From IMG/VR virus record IMGVR_UViG_3300021255_002694: a stretch of 64,000 bases of DNA; one strand, 5' to 3'. This document shows, piece after piece, positions 39,001 through 48,894 of the stretch; within the stretch, counting starts at the first letter, position 1; every line of letters begins with the position of its first letter. This DNA is from a virus. Taxonomy: Duplodnaviria; Caudoviricetes. The position numbers and the translations under genes were made by a program. Under the pieces are notes generated by a model, which was not told the origin of the DNA, did no database searches, and was given only the letters and a program-made list of their open reading frames with translations.

Positions 39001-39947
39001 CAAAAGAACTTGAACAGGATTTTACAGGAACAGCTTTAACTCAATACGGAACAGCATTTGAAGCAATGTCAAGTGCAGACAAGAACCAATATATAAAATC
39101 AAATATAAATCAGTTTGTTGGTCAAAGCAAAGACATTATTGCTGATGTTGGAAGTCAGATAAGTAGTATGTCTGATTCAGATATTGATGCATACTTAATA
39201 AGAAGCGGCGTTGGTTCAGATGAACTGAAAAAAATGAAACCTGATAAAAAGCTAGAGGAAGTTCGTAAGAAAGTTGTTAAGGAGTATTCTGAAAAAGCTA
39301 ACTTTACAGAAGAAACAGCAGCATTGTTTGAGAGAGCAATGAGTGATTATGAAGAAAGACGTAAAACATATGTATCATCCGAAGAGAAGTTCCAAAAACA
39401 GTGGAAAACCGCAAAAGAGTTGACAGGTATGACAAAACCAAGCGCATCTGATATAATGATTGCATACATGGATAAATACCACAACGGCGGATCATGGGGA
39501 GACAATGTAAAGGATATTATTGTTAATTCAGATGGAACTGCAACTCTTGATCCTGGAAATCTGTATAGAAGTGCTTATGCATTTGCAACAGGTCTTACAG
39601 ATGTTCCGTATGACAACTATCCGGCAATTCTTCATAAGGGTGAGAGAATTCTTACAAGAGAAGAAGCAAAAGCATATAATGAAATGTCATCATTTGCTGT
39701 AAACAATCTAATGAATAACTTTAATGGCGGAGATACAGCATCTAATGTATTTTCTACTACAAGCTATGGAATTGATGTTGATAAATCAATAGAAGATCAA
39801 ACTGATATTCTATCAAGGAAATTAGATCAGGTTATTTCAGCAATTAACAATCTATCAATTAGGCTTGGTGGTGCTTCATCTCAAAGTGCTGCTCATAAAA
39901 ATGTGTTGCGTGGAAATTCAAACATAACACAGTTAAATACTCTATAA
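36021..39947 (+). CDS. tape measure protein
   Basis: 1308 aa, helical, Gly/Ala hydrophobic stretch, C-terminal FATG..VP...LHKGE. Confidence 0.88.
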   Translation: MPEDLGNPTRMPQQNDDFAANVTNQILAGFSGLQRELSEMRKLLSQSQKADSKYKFATSDFDDLLSDIRSSSKSSKNTAKDIEGLIKDFKRDVTYAKSSATTKRESLNRQISYSGEYGINKIYSARVAKSTADIEAKLEKLYEAADNSFSNLSAHLGNLEAKKARETEASSKMQRKIDELDGKIGLSKDRDEIDALTVLRDQILEAKSKTDSSIESTTAKIESVKKDIETDLSSRSKEYQTLVRSLRDTEDLIHRELSSVLKAVDDAKSGTDSLRGMSAYLNENVKRPEDVETELDKLARAVEKQKDIIHSAILAINKKLEDKTLDEQERKNLEYQRQLLVKEYDALNKWNPKQEMFSKAVKTFADAGKSILGAIGNTAIKRLEDYYLNSYKESFNKVYDSIENTRNTVSARLKLDQGGFSDLQADIQNEIEALGIEASVTQSDVNDALVSLQAAGVTDPEMLKSLAIEQAKLIASGSSLNLGNEEMIQNLRQVYQQQIQSGASQQEALDGITNLLDDIGTYQSMTGTTGWDSSLVNGGIDRIVNNMLKLGITGQKNIDQMSSDIGAYIQASESYYSRGLDPDQLYQYINDIANKSIDENSTFEQILQQYGINRQAVLTKGMDELLREIDDASRNILQETSKGDDRYISQISNAYELGLEGLEAIRQRDSDALPEAWTEEQKAQAKRDSISNMQQGTFISETRKHQNKTENSMAELAIDAEKMYKGNDLVNAGFDMVETGLSAIKNVASEILHTMFVQSAFGKQLSSEGASITSAGNFLTGGANFGAPLNGKISNGSAAGKLGKGLTVAAGVGQMGYAIIDTIKEHDSGDSSLDTAINLFDEPELWSGMGTAIGGALGGPVAGAVVGGLMGAGGKFGNYLAERIENKLDPFEEAVNDFKESTAKQLSDDESQLNSTLSTLSKYESVMKKNDKNQMKMLLMEEANLSAKDLQNITDEKLQELFMNNLVTQQENLAREKEQQVSLDRILNDNAQVTKELEQDFTGTALTQYGTAFEAMSSADKNQYIKSNINQFVGQSKDIIADVGSQISSMSDSDIDAYLIRSGVGSDELKKMKPDKKLEEVRKKVVKEYSEKANFTEETAALFERAMSDYEERRKTYVSSEEKFQKQWKTAKELTGMTKPSASDIMIAYMDKYHNGGSWGDNVKDIIVNSDGTATLDPGNLYRSAYAFATGLTDVPYDNYPAILHKGERILTREEAKAYNEMSSFAVNNLMNNFNGGDTASNVFSTTSYGIDVDKSIEDQTDILSRKLDQVISAINNLSIRLGGASSQSAAHKNVLRGNSNITQLNTL

Positions 39948-39952
39948 AATAG

Positions 39953-40804
39953 GTGGTGGATACATTGAACAAGAAATTTGGCACATATAAGGATAAAAAC
40001 ATAGTTATTCAGTATATCCAAAAATTACTATATGAGACATATAATGCTAATGTTTTGATAAATGCTGAATACTATACTGTAAATGATAATAATTATGGTT
40101 TGCCACACTTTATATCGAAGTATCTTGATTATATGTATCCACCTCTTGATGAAGCAACAAAGCAAGCATATGAAGATGCAAAGAATTCAAACAATCTAGG
40201 TCTTAGAAGCACATCTGAGCCGATATCAATATCAAATTATTATCTATGCAGTAATGATTCAAGAAAATTGTACTATGGAAGCTCAGATTATATGAACATA
40301 TATAGCAGTAAGATGTTGCTCAATACTAATGTTAGTGAAACACAGCATGATGGTTTCTTTGCATCTGACTATTTTAATAAAAATGATATGCCACTTTTTA
40401 TTTACAAAATTAGTGAAAATCCAGATAAATATGATATAAGAAACAATACTATATATCAAATTGATACTTGGTTAAAAGATAAAGATGTCTGTGAATTAGA
40501 TGATCTTGTTACATCTTTCTTACTTGGTAGAGTTATAGGAAACAGATCAAGCAGAGAAGATATTGCATATGTTCAGCGATTACTAATACGGAACAGATCA
40601 ATAACAGAACAGGAACTTGGTCAATGGAAAATGGGTAATGATCCGACATTTGACATGACACAGACAATCATAAATTATCAGAAATCAATAGCATCCAAAT
40701 CAATGGTTCCAAATGTTTTTGTGACTGGATATTTTGATCCATTTACAGAAGCCTATGCTTTAAGAGAGTTTGGTGAAGAACACAATGGAATACTTGGATT
40801 ATAA
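39953..40804 (+). CDS. tail-associated protein with PG-binding-like C-terminus
   Basis: DIAYVQRLL...IINYQK...VTGYFD. Confidence 0.5.
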   Translation: MVDTLNKKFGTYKDKNIVIQYIQKLLYETYNANVLINAEYYTVNDNNYGLPHFISKYLDYMYPPLDEATKQAYEDAKNSNNLGLRSTSEPISISNYYLCSNDSRKLYYGSSDYMNIYSSKMLLNTNVSETQHDGFFASDYFNKNDMPLFIYKISENPDKYDIRNNTIYQIDTWLKDKDVCELDDLVTSFLLGRVIGNRSSREDIAYVQRLLIRNRSITEQELGQWKMGNDPTFDMTQTIINYQKSIASKSMVPNVFVTGYFDPFTEAYALREFGEEHNGILGL

Positions 40805-41516
40805 GTTTAAACCTACAGATACATTTGAAGATACGGCAGCTTTTTTTGGAACAACTGTAACAGAACTTTTAAGAATAAATAATCTTCAATCACCTCCACC
40901 AACATACATTGCAGAGACAGGCATAAAGTCAATAGTTATTCCTGTTACTGATAGTAAGTATGTTCATGACGGAGTAGATACTACACAATCAAACATATCT
41001 AACATGAGATTGATAAATGATCGTGGTGGTCTTGGAAGAATTATTGGTTTTGCATCACAGAATAAATGTTTCTTACAAGTTGAGGGCATTGGAACTGCTG
41101 TATTTCCTGGCTATCCTGAAAGTTATTCAGACTCGCATCAAGCAAGTGTATCACAACAAACTCCACTCGGAAGATCAGAGCCGTTCCAAATTTATCAAAA
41201 TAGCGGACCGAGAACAGTTAGTGTTTCTTTTAGAATGGATAGAGAAATGACTAGGACAACTGAAATTGGAGATATTGTTGGAATTGTTCAATCAGCATGT
41301 TATCCAGTACAGATGAATGCAACAATTATACCTAGATGCACTTTAGTTATAGGAAACAACTGCTCTATAACTGGAATAATAACAAGCGTAAATACTAATT
41401 GGTCAGAAACAATAATAGAAGATCGTTACATGGTTGTAACGCTTGATTTTTCAATACAGGAATGTACAGGAACTCCAAAATTAGCTAGAACTGTTAGAGG
41501 TTTGAGAGGTGTGTAA
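40785..41516 (+). CDS. LysM-containing tail tube initiator/baseplate protein
   Basis: N-terminal LysM-like DTFEDTAAFFGTTVTELLRINNL; GRSEP..Y.NSGPR. Confidence 0.7.
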   Translation: MEYLDYKFKPTDTFEDTAAFFGTTVTELLRINNLQSPPPTYIAETGIKSIVIPVTDSKYVHDGVDTTQSNISNMRLINDRGGLGRIIGFASQNKCFLQVEGIGTAVFPGYPESYSDSHQASVSQQTPLGRSEPFQIYQNSGPRTVSVSFRMDREMTRTTEIGDIVGIVQSACYPVQMNATIIPRCTLVIGNNCSITGIITSVNTNWSETIIEDRYMVVTLDFSIQECTGTPKLARTVRGLRGV

Positions 41517-41518
41517 TA

Positions 41519-41851
41519 ATGAGATATGCCGCTCCAAGAAAATATGGTTATCCGTCAAGATACGGAATATATCGTCAAATCGTAGATGATAAAGATACAT
41601 ACACAGAGACAGTAAATAAAACTATTATTGCAGAAAAAGATTCTGATATTTACCATGAAGTTCAAATGCATGAAGAAAATAGACTGGATATTATATCTAA
41701 TAAATATTACAAGACACCTGATATGTGGTGGGTAATAGCACAGGCAAATGATATGGTTGATCCATTTGTATTAAAATCTGGAACGATACTCAGAATACCT
41801 GATTTTAGATCACTTTATGACGTTGACGCTCCGTTCTATGGTAAAGCATAA
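41519..41851 (+). CDS. baseplate wedge protein (gp53/LysM-like)
   Basis: RLDIISNKYY...WWVIAQAN...LRIP. Confidence 0.8.
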   Translation: MRYAAPRKYGYPSRYGIYRQIVDDKDTYTETVNKTIIAEKDSDIYHEVQMHEENRLDIISNKYYKTPDMWWVIAQANDMVDPFVLKSGTILRIPDFRSLYDVDAPFYGKA

Positions 41852-41876
41852 ATTATGTGGTTGGTGGTGAATACTA

Positions 41877-43334
41877 TTGAATGATATATTAAATAGAGGG
41901 TTTGTAAGACCTTATGTTGAATTTAATTTTGCAAATGGTTCAATAGATACTCCGATGCCAAAGTATTTTGTAAGTTTTCATCAAGATAGAAGCGTTGAAG
42001 AATCTGCATCTTTTGAACTTACATTAACATATGTTCCAGGAATGTACAATGAACAAGATGCACTTGATATGCATAAAATGATACTAGCATCTGTCAATCA
42101 GCCTGTAACATACACTTACGGATATGTAACTCCTGACGGTGGATTACAGTTACAGGAAACTTATTATAAAGGAATATTTACTAAATACACAGAAGATTTG
42201 AATGATGGATACTTAACATATAAGATAATAGGAGTTGGAAGTTCTGTTGAGAATATTACTCCGGAATGTAATATAGAGACATTCTTATCAGGTGTTAGAA
42301 AAGCATCATCCAAAGCAAAACCAAGTGAACTTGTTTCATCTGCAATTAGAAGTGTTATCGGTATAAAAGAACTTTTCGAGGGTTTTGATATAACTGATAT
42401 AGACCACACTGATGAAGAAGTTGATACTTCAACGATTCAAATAAAGAATGGAACTGTTAGAGATGTTTTTTCAGGTTCATATAATGCTGATGGAACACAA
42501 AGCCCAACTGGATTTGCATACTACAGTTATAGAAATTTTACACCAGAACAAGCGCTTGCATCCGGTATGTTATCAAAAAATGTGGCAAGAGATAATTCAG
42601 CATACAATATTGTTAATGCATATGCATCATCTAGTTTAACTGATGGTCTTGTTGAAGCACATAAAACATATGAAATGACAAGAAAAATGCCATTTGTGTG
42701 TTATTTTGATAACTGCGTAGACAGTAAAGGTTCTCCAATGAAAGGTTCTTTTCATTATAAAGAGAAGTTCACAAGACAGGTAACAAATACATATTACTAC
42801 AATGTTGGAAACAGTTTTATAGATAGTGATGTATTAAGTTTCAGTGTATCTGTAGATGATACAGTTGCTATGGCTACAGTATCAGGTCTTAATGGTGTGA
42901 GTACAGATATTGATTATACTGGTGATCTTATTGGATCATCATTCAATCACGTTCAAACTACTGGATGGCATAAGAATACATATAATACAGTTTCAGGATT
43001 TAATGAGGGTGCGTGGATGACTTCAACTGTTGTTGCAGATGCTCTAAATTTTCCATTTGAAGCAACTATGACAGTTATAGGTCAAACAAAATTGAATAAA
43101 CTTCTTGACAAAGTTCACGTTGTTGTGATGCTTAACGGTGCAGAACATCCAGGACTTACAGGAGATTATGTTATTCTTGGAATAGAAGATGATGTATCTG
43201 AAAGCGGATATACAACAACATTTAGACTGCTTAGAGATAATGGTACATTTGAATCTCCGCAAGATTATTTAACTTCTGCAAGTGATGAGGTTGCACAGCA
43301 AGTTCAAGAAACACTTAAAAACGATTGGAAGTGA
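41877..43334 (+). CDS. baseplate hub protein (gp27/Mu gp44-like)
   Basis: position; C-terminal TGDYVILGIEDDVSESGYTTTFRL. Confidence 0.65.
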   Translation: MNDILNRGFVRPYVEFNFANGSIDTPMPKYFVSFHQDRSVEESASFELTLTYVPGMYNEQDALDMHKMILASVNQPVTYTYGYVTPDGGLQLQETYYKGIFTKYTEDLNDGYLTYKIIGVGSSVENITPECNIETFLSGVRKASSKAKPSELVSSAIRSVIGIKELFEGFDITDIDHTDEEVDTSTIQIKNGTVRDVFSGSYNADGTQSPTGFAYYSYRNFTPEQALASGMLSKNVARDNSAYNIVNAYASSSLTDGLVEAHKTYEMTRKMPFVCYFDNCVDSKGSPMKGSFHYKEKFTRQVTNTYYYNVGNSFIDSDVLSFSVSVDDTVAMATVSGLNGVSTDIDYTGDLIGSSFNHVQTTGWHKNTYNTVSGFNEGAWMTSTVVADALNFPFEATMTVIGQTKLNKLLDKVHVVVMLNGAEHPGLTGDYVILGIEDDVSESGYTTTFRLLRDNGTFESPQDYLTSASDEVAQQVQETLKNDWK

Positions 43335-43338
43335 TTTG

Positions 43339-43707
43339 ATGTTGGGTAAGATAGGCGGACTTATGGTCGGAGTTGTTATTGATGTTAATGATCCGGCTGG
43401 ATATAATAGAATAAGAGTTCGTATTCCGGCACTACATGGTTCTATTACTGATGAAGTTTATGCAAACGATAACAGCGGTAGATCAGAAATAAGTAATAGT
43501 GCTTATATAAACAGAACAATAGATAGTTCAATACCGTGGGCGCAAGTTGCTTTTCCATTCGGAAGTGATGTACCGCCTGAACTAAATCAAGTTGTTGTTG
43601 TTGGATTTATAAACGGCGATCAAAATTATCCAGTTGTTTTAGGGTGGCTTGGATATGAGTATACAAACGAGGAAAGAGCAATTCCAAAATATAATGGTAA
43701 TAGTTGA
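43339..43707 (+). CDS. short baseplate spike, gp5/VgrG OB-fold domain
   Basis: GVVIDVNDP...RIRVRIP...PWA...PPE...VVVGFINGD..PVVLG. Confidence 0.8.
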   Translation: MLGKIGGLMVGVVIDVNDPAGYNRIRVRIPALHGSITDEVYANDNSGRSEISNSAYINRTIDSSIPWAQVAFPFGSDVPPELNQVVVVGFINGDQNYPVVLGWLGYEYTNEERAIPKYNGNS

Positions 43708-43718
43708 GGTGTAAGAGT

Positions 43719-44126
43719 ATGCTGTATACGAAATCTATAAAATATCCAAATCCATTTAGCCTTCAATCCGGTAAAACAGAAGTTAGTGATGGAGTCAAAT
43801 CAATAAATGAATGTATAGGTCTTATTCTTACAACAGCAAAAGGTGAATTGTTAGGTGATCCTGATTTTGGATGCACTTTATATGAAATACTATTTGAACA
43901 ATATTCATTGAATACGGAAGCATTGATTAAAAAAGAGATTGCTGAAAGTATCAATACTTATGAACATCGTGTTACTGTTTCTGAACAAGATGTTAATATT
44001 GAAGAAAGTATAGATGATATTGGACATAAAAACAGATACAAAATAACAATATCATATATGATAAATAACACATCAAAGATAAACACAACATCTGTGATTG
44101 TGGAGGGGCGTGATTTCTATGGCTAA
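43719..44126 (+). CDS. baseplate wedge gp25-like protein
   Basis: ILTTAKGELLGDPDFG...YEHRV. Confidence 0.88.
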   Translation: MLYTKSIKYPNPFSLQSGKTEVSDGVKSINECIGLILTTAKGELLGDPDFGCTLYEILFEQYSLNTEALIKKEIAESINTYEHRVTVSEQDVNIEESIDDIGHKNRYKITISYMINNTSKINTTSVIVEGRDFYG

Positions 44127-46467
44127 CGATATTCTAAAATACACGAGTAAAGATTATAAATCAATATCATCTGATTTGATTGATGCAATTCCGGCGTTGA
44201 CAGATACATGGACTAGCCGTGAAGACGGTGATCCTGGCATTGTTCTGATTAAGGAAATGTCTGCAATCGGCGATATGCTATCATATAATCTTGATAAACA
44301 AGTTCTTGAATTTTACGGACCTACTGTGACACAGAGAAAGAATGCCGCAAAACTATTTGAACTTATTGGCTATAACATGCATTGGTACAGATCAGCAATG
44401 ACAACTGTAACAATGACATACACTCCGAGAGGTTTTGGATATATTGATATTTTCAGACGAGCATCAATGGCAGATGATTCATCAATAAATGATATATACT
44501 ATGAATACAGACTTAATTATTCAAATGATTATTACATGAGAAGCGGTGATCACTTTGGATGTGTGCAGATTCCACCTGTTTCATCTTTGCCTAGTTGGTT
44601 AAATGAATTTTCATATATAGATGTGCGTGGGGAAGGAGAATGGTGTGGAACACCAAAAGAAGCTGCTGATAATCATAAAGATTTTGAACAGATAAAAAAT
44701 ACAGTTGCATTCAAAGATAATGCTAAAAAATTTAGAGGATATTCAAAAACTATCTATACTGCATGTTGTAATGATAGTTCAAATTTATTGAATCTTCATA
44801 CGTACATAGAAGATTCACAGAAACAGCTTGACATACATCCAGACGATTACAGCGGTCTTTCGTATTCAATAATACCGAGTATTAGTTCAAGGTATGTTGA
44901 TGATAGTGGAAATTACTTACCAACTATTGCGCTAAAACCATTTGAACCAACACAGATTAAAGCTATACAAGGAAATCTAAAGTCAATTACTTTTTCTGCA
45001 ACACAGCTTCAGAACAATAAATATTATTTACCTGAATCTGAACTAGATGAAGAAAATATATTTGTGTCATACAAAACAGACGCAACAAATAGATTACAAA
45101 ATTCATCTATATTTTTACAGAGAACAGATAATCTTTTGACAGAAACATATATAAGTGAAAGCAGTAAAGAAATTGAGGACTATGAATCTTCAAATGGTTT
45201 GTACGTATATTTTCAATTCAGAGTTGATGACTTTGATTACCCTTATATTGAATTGTCAAGTTACTGGAATACAGTAATTCCGGAAACCGCTCAGTTTACA
45301 ATTTATTATTTTAAGACAAGCGGTAAATATGGAAATATCACAAAGAATTTCTTAAAGCGGTATGGTCAGTACGGTTCAACAACACTATCAATAGAGAACT
45401 ATGATACAAACACATCTCAGTATGATAATAATGGTTATCTACTTAGTTATTGTGGAAAGAACCCTGAAACCGCACGAGAGGGATACATAAACTCACTTAA
45501 CTACGTAACAACATTTAACTCACTTGTTACAATTTTTGATTTTGAAAGATTTACTACTAGATTAGAGGGAATGACAAATTCTCTGGCTGTAGATAAACAG
45601 AGAATGATTGATCTTAATAAAAAGATATACAATGAATGTAGAAGTTATGATATTGATAAATTGAAATCAATTCTTGGAAAAGTTAGTGATGATGATACGG
45701 TAGAAACGCTCATAAAGAAATTATATGAGATACGTAAAGTTGTTCAAATTGATCCTAACAATATCAATCCAACTGTATTTCCGTCAGATATTCAATCAGG
45801 AAGTTCAATAGATTTTACGGATTCAGAGTTCAAGAGTTATACACTGAATATGTATCCTGTATATGGTAATTTTAGAATTACAGACGATGAAGAAAATAGC
45901 GTTGCAGAGTATATAACTCAGCGTGATAGTGATAGCAGATCATTACCATACGCATTGTATGGATTGCTTGTCAATAGAGATGAAGATGCATCTAAAGTGT
46001 GGACTTTTATTGATCGTGAATATGCAGATGTTCATATAGCAAGTGTTGAACCAAAACCAACATATGCTAGAGTATTTGATTGGTACTGTTGCGGAATAAT
46101 CCATCTTACAAAATCTGTAAGTGAAGCAGATGCAGAAAATATATTATCAAACGTAAAAAGACATTTGGCTGACGTTTTTTCTGCAAGAAATGTGAAGTTC
46201 GGTAAAAAGATCACACAGATGGAAGTAATACAGACGGTAATGGAAGCCGATCCTAGAATAAGATATTTTGATGCTGGTATAGGAGATAAAAAGGTAATTG
46301 TCTATAGCGCTCAACTAGGAGAATCTGCACCAGACTTTTTCAATATTGATGCATATTTTAATCCGGAGAGTATTATGCGATATGTTCAAAATACAGATAG
46401 TTCAAATAATTTACTCATTATTGATAGTTCATATATTCAGACAGCTAGTAATTATGTTCAGGGGTGA
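44119..46467 (+). CDS. baseplate wedge gp6/J-like protein
   Basis: YTSKDY, DPG, DMLSYNLD, LVTIFDFE. Confidence 0.82.
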   Translation: MANDILKYTSKDYKSISSDLIDAIPALTDTWTSREDGDPGIVLIKEMSAIGDMLSYNLDKQVLEFYGPTVTQRKNAAKLFELIGYNMHWYRSAMTTVTMTYTPRGFGYIDIFRRASMADDSSINDIYYEYRLNYSNDYYMRSGDHFGCVQIPPVSSLPSWLNEFSYIDVRGEGEWCGTPKEAADNHKDFEQIKNTVAFKDNAKKFRGYSKTIYTACCNDSSNLLNLHTYIEDSQKQLDIHPDDYSGLSYSIIPSISSRYVDDSGNYLPTIALKPFEPTQIKAIQGNLKSITFSATQLQNNKYYLPESELDEENIFVSYKTDATNRLQNSSIFLQRTDNLLTETYISESSKEIEDYESSNGLYVYFQFRVDDFDYPYIELSSYWNTVIPETAQFTIYYFKTSGKYGNITKNFLKRYGQYGSTTLSIENYDTNTSQYDNNGYLLSYCGKNPETAREGYINSLNYVTTFNSLVTIFDFERFTTRLEGMTNSLAVDKQRMIDLNKKIYNECRSYDIDKLKSILGKVSDDDTVETLIKKLYEIRKVVQIDPNNINPTVFPSDIQSGSSIDFTDSEFKSYTLNMYPVYGNFRITDDEENSVAEYITQRDSDSRSLPYALYGLLVNRDEDASKVWTFIDREYADVHIASVEPKPTYARVFDWYCCGIIHLTKSVSEADAENILSNVKRHLADVFSARNVKFGKKITQMEVIQTVMEADPRIRYFDAGIGDKKVIVYSAQLGESAPDFFNIDAYFNPESIMRYVQNTDSSNNLLIIDSSYIQTASNYVQG

Positions 46468-46472
46468 TTTAA

Positions 46473-47165
46473 GTGTTACTGCATACAAATAAATATATCC
46501 CACAAGTATATAGAAAAAGCAGAGATATTCAAGTGTTTACGTGGCTACTAGATATACTTATGACAGACTGTAAACACGATATTGATTCTATATATTATAT
46601 ATACGATGCCATGAAGTGCAAAGAGCAGTTTTTACCATTACTTGCAAACACTCTGAACTATAAATATGATTACACAGTAACAACATTACTTAACAGACGT
46701 ATAGTTGATGCATTTATCACAATGGAAAAGTATAAAGGTTCTGCTATAGGAATGAAAGTTGCTACAGCACTTTGTCTGATCTCTGCAAAGCTATCTCAGA
46801 ATAATCTTGAACTTGTTGTTGACTATCTAAATGATGCAGTGTATGCAGAAGCATTATCAAAGCTCAGTATAAGGTTTGATTATGAAAACGCAATAATAAG
46901 AATAGACTATCCAAATATCTTTATAAAGGCAACAAACTTGATTGACTACGTAAGACCAGTTGGAATGTGTGTTATTGAAAGATCATATGAACCAATGGAC
47001 TTAAACTCAGATGTTATGTTGCTTTATGCAGATGCAAGCATTGAAGTTCATAAATACAATCCGGTAGTTGATTCCGGTGTTGATAAAACATACGTAAACT
47101 TCTCAACTGTTGGAGATTCAAAATTATTTAGTGATCTGAATGATGAATTGAACTTTAATGAATAA
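46473..47165 (+). CDS. baseplate protein (P2 I/gp7-like)
   Basis: FLPLLA, YKGS..G, YVRPVG. Confidence 0.65.
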   Translation: MLLHTNKYIPQVYRKSRDIQVFTWLLDILMTDCKHDIDSIYYIYDAMKCKEQFLPLLANTLNYKYDYTVTTLLNRRIVDAFITMEKYKGSAIGMKVATALCLISAKLSQNNLELVVDYLNDAVYAEALSKLSIRFDYENAIIRIDYPNIFIKATNLIDYVRPVGMCVIERSYEPMDLNSDVMLLYADASIEVHKYNPVVDSGVDKTYVNFSTVGDSKLFSDLNDELNFNE

Positions 47166-47178
47166 GGCGGTGATTTCA

Positions 47179-48870
47179 TTGGAATTTGGCATTATAAATA
47201 ATGTTGAAATAAGTGTAATGAATAAATATACACACGTTATAAAGAAAACAGTTAGAACACATAATAAAGCAACACGAAACATGGTTGAAGGCATTATGAG
47301 ATTTTTAATGGGACACTTTAATGCAACAAGTCTCAATGATAAACCACAGTATTCAGATGATATAGAGAAGAAATATATACCAAGATACATAGGATTCGGT
47401 AACGGTGGAGTTGTTGATGTTGAAAATACAAGATCATATTACTACGGTTCTAATGTACCAGTTTTATCACCATCATGGAATTCATATGTTCCTTATAACT
47501 CATCTAAGTTGCAACGTGAAATTTTTGATGGTAAAAAATTTGAAGTTAATTTAATAACTGACACATTTGCAGATACAGAAGAAGATAAGTACAGCACACC
47601 GGAAATAGTAAAACGATCTGAAATGGATTCAATGATGTTTTTCGTTGAAATTTTACCGGATGATATACCAAGAGTAGCTTCGAGCGACCGTGTAAAATCA
47701 TTTTTTATAACAGAAGTTGGATTGTATTCATCCGATGATAGTTCCGGAAAACTTTTAGCACATGTTAAACTCAATAATCACATAGATCACTCTAGTGGTG
47801 ATTTTTTAGAAAATATAACTCAGGAAGATTTGAAGTGTAATAGTGGAATTGTAACATTCAATGTTCCGAATAATTCTGAAATTCCTTCTAGTGACTATCT
47901 TGAAAGAACCGCGATTGTAGTAAACGGAATAAAGGGTGGAACATTTGAGGTAACTATTGATGGTTCTGTATATAGAGATAAAGAAGAAACTCCTGGAAAG
48001 TTGTATCTCATGACTAAGGACGGGTATTCACAGAATATAAGTGGAATAGTTGACTATGATTCAGGTATATTGAGAATATATGATCTTCCAGAGTCAAAAA
48101 CAAAAGCAACCGTCAAGTACACTGTAAATCAAAATATGACAATGAATACAGATGCATTATATGTTGGTGAAAATGATTCTATAGTTGTTAGATGGGTTAT
48201 AACATTTGCGGCAATAGGAAAAGATAACGTATTCAGACTTGTAACAACTGAAAACGGAGAATCTGTAGATCATGATGTTATTGAAATTCCTAATCTTGCA
48301 GATGTACCTGTTATTCCACTTGAAAACTTGCCACAGGAAAATACAGAACCATTGATAACAATAGATCGTTCTTCAACTCGTTATGATGATAATGATCCGG
48401 TTGAGATTGAAAATCATAATATCACAGGAACGCTTTTATATGGTATACCAGAGGCACATCACCCATCTTACTGGTTCTCAGTGTATAATCTTGATGATTG
48501 GAGTTCAGTGTATCAACCTAACGGAAGCCTAATTGTAACCGGATACGCACTATACATAGATATCACGTTCCCTTATCTCGGCATTGGAAGTAACAGTTTT
48601 CCGGCATTACAAGATGGAACAGAGTTACTTTGTGTGTGCAAAGTTGATGGAACTGTAAAACATCGAAAGAGTGATGCAAGTATTGAAACTGTGAATCTTA
48701 ATGCTGGTTACTTCTCAAATACATCTGTCTGGAAAGGTGTTATAGATACAGTGCTTGTAATACCAGAAAATGCAACAACACTAACATTAACCACATATAA
48801 AGCAGATACATTAGAGATCATTAGAAATGATATATATAATCTAAACTTTACATATGAACCTCATTCATAA
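47179..48870 (+). CDS. tail fibre attachment/baseplate protein (paralogue A)
   Basis: NNVEI...THNKATRNMV.GI; ITEVGLY; VRWVITF. Confidence 0.55.
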   Translation: MEFGIINNVEISVMNKYTHVIKKTVRTHNKATRNMVEGIMRFLMGHFNATSLNDKPQYSDDIEKKYIPRYIGFGNGGVVDVENTRSYYYGSNVPVLSPSWNSYVPYNSSKLQREIFDGKKFEVNLITDTFADTEEDKYSTPEIVKRSEMDSMMFFVEILPDDIPRVASSDRVKSFFITEVGLYSSDDSSGKLLAHVKLNNHIDHSSGDFLENITQEDLKCNSGIVTFNVPNNSEIPSSDYLERTAIVVNGIKGGTFEVTIDGSVYRDKEETPGKLYLMTKDGYSQNISGIVDYDSGILRIYDLPESKTKATVKYTVNQNMTMNTDALYVGENDSIVVRWVITFAAIGKDNVFRLVTTENGESVDHDVIEIPNLADVPVIPLENLPQENTEPLITIDRSSTRYDDNDPVEIENHNITGTLLYGIPEAHHPSYWFSVYNLDDWSSVYQPNGSLIVTGYALYIDITFPYLGIGSNSFPALQDGTELLCVCKVDGTVKHRKSDASIETVNLNAGYFSNTSVWKGVIDTVLVIPENATTLTLTTYKADTLEIIRNDIYNLNFTYEPHS

Positions 48871-48894
48871 ATTATATTTTAGGTGGTGTGTTTC

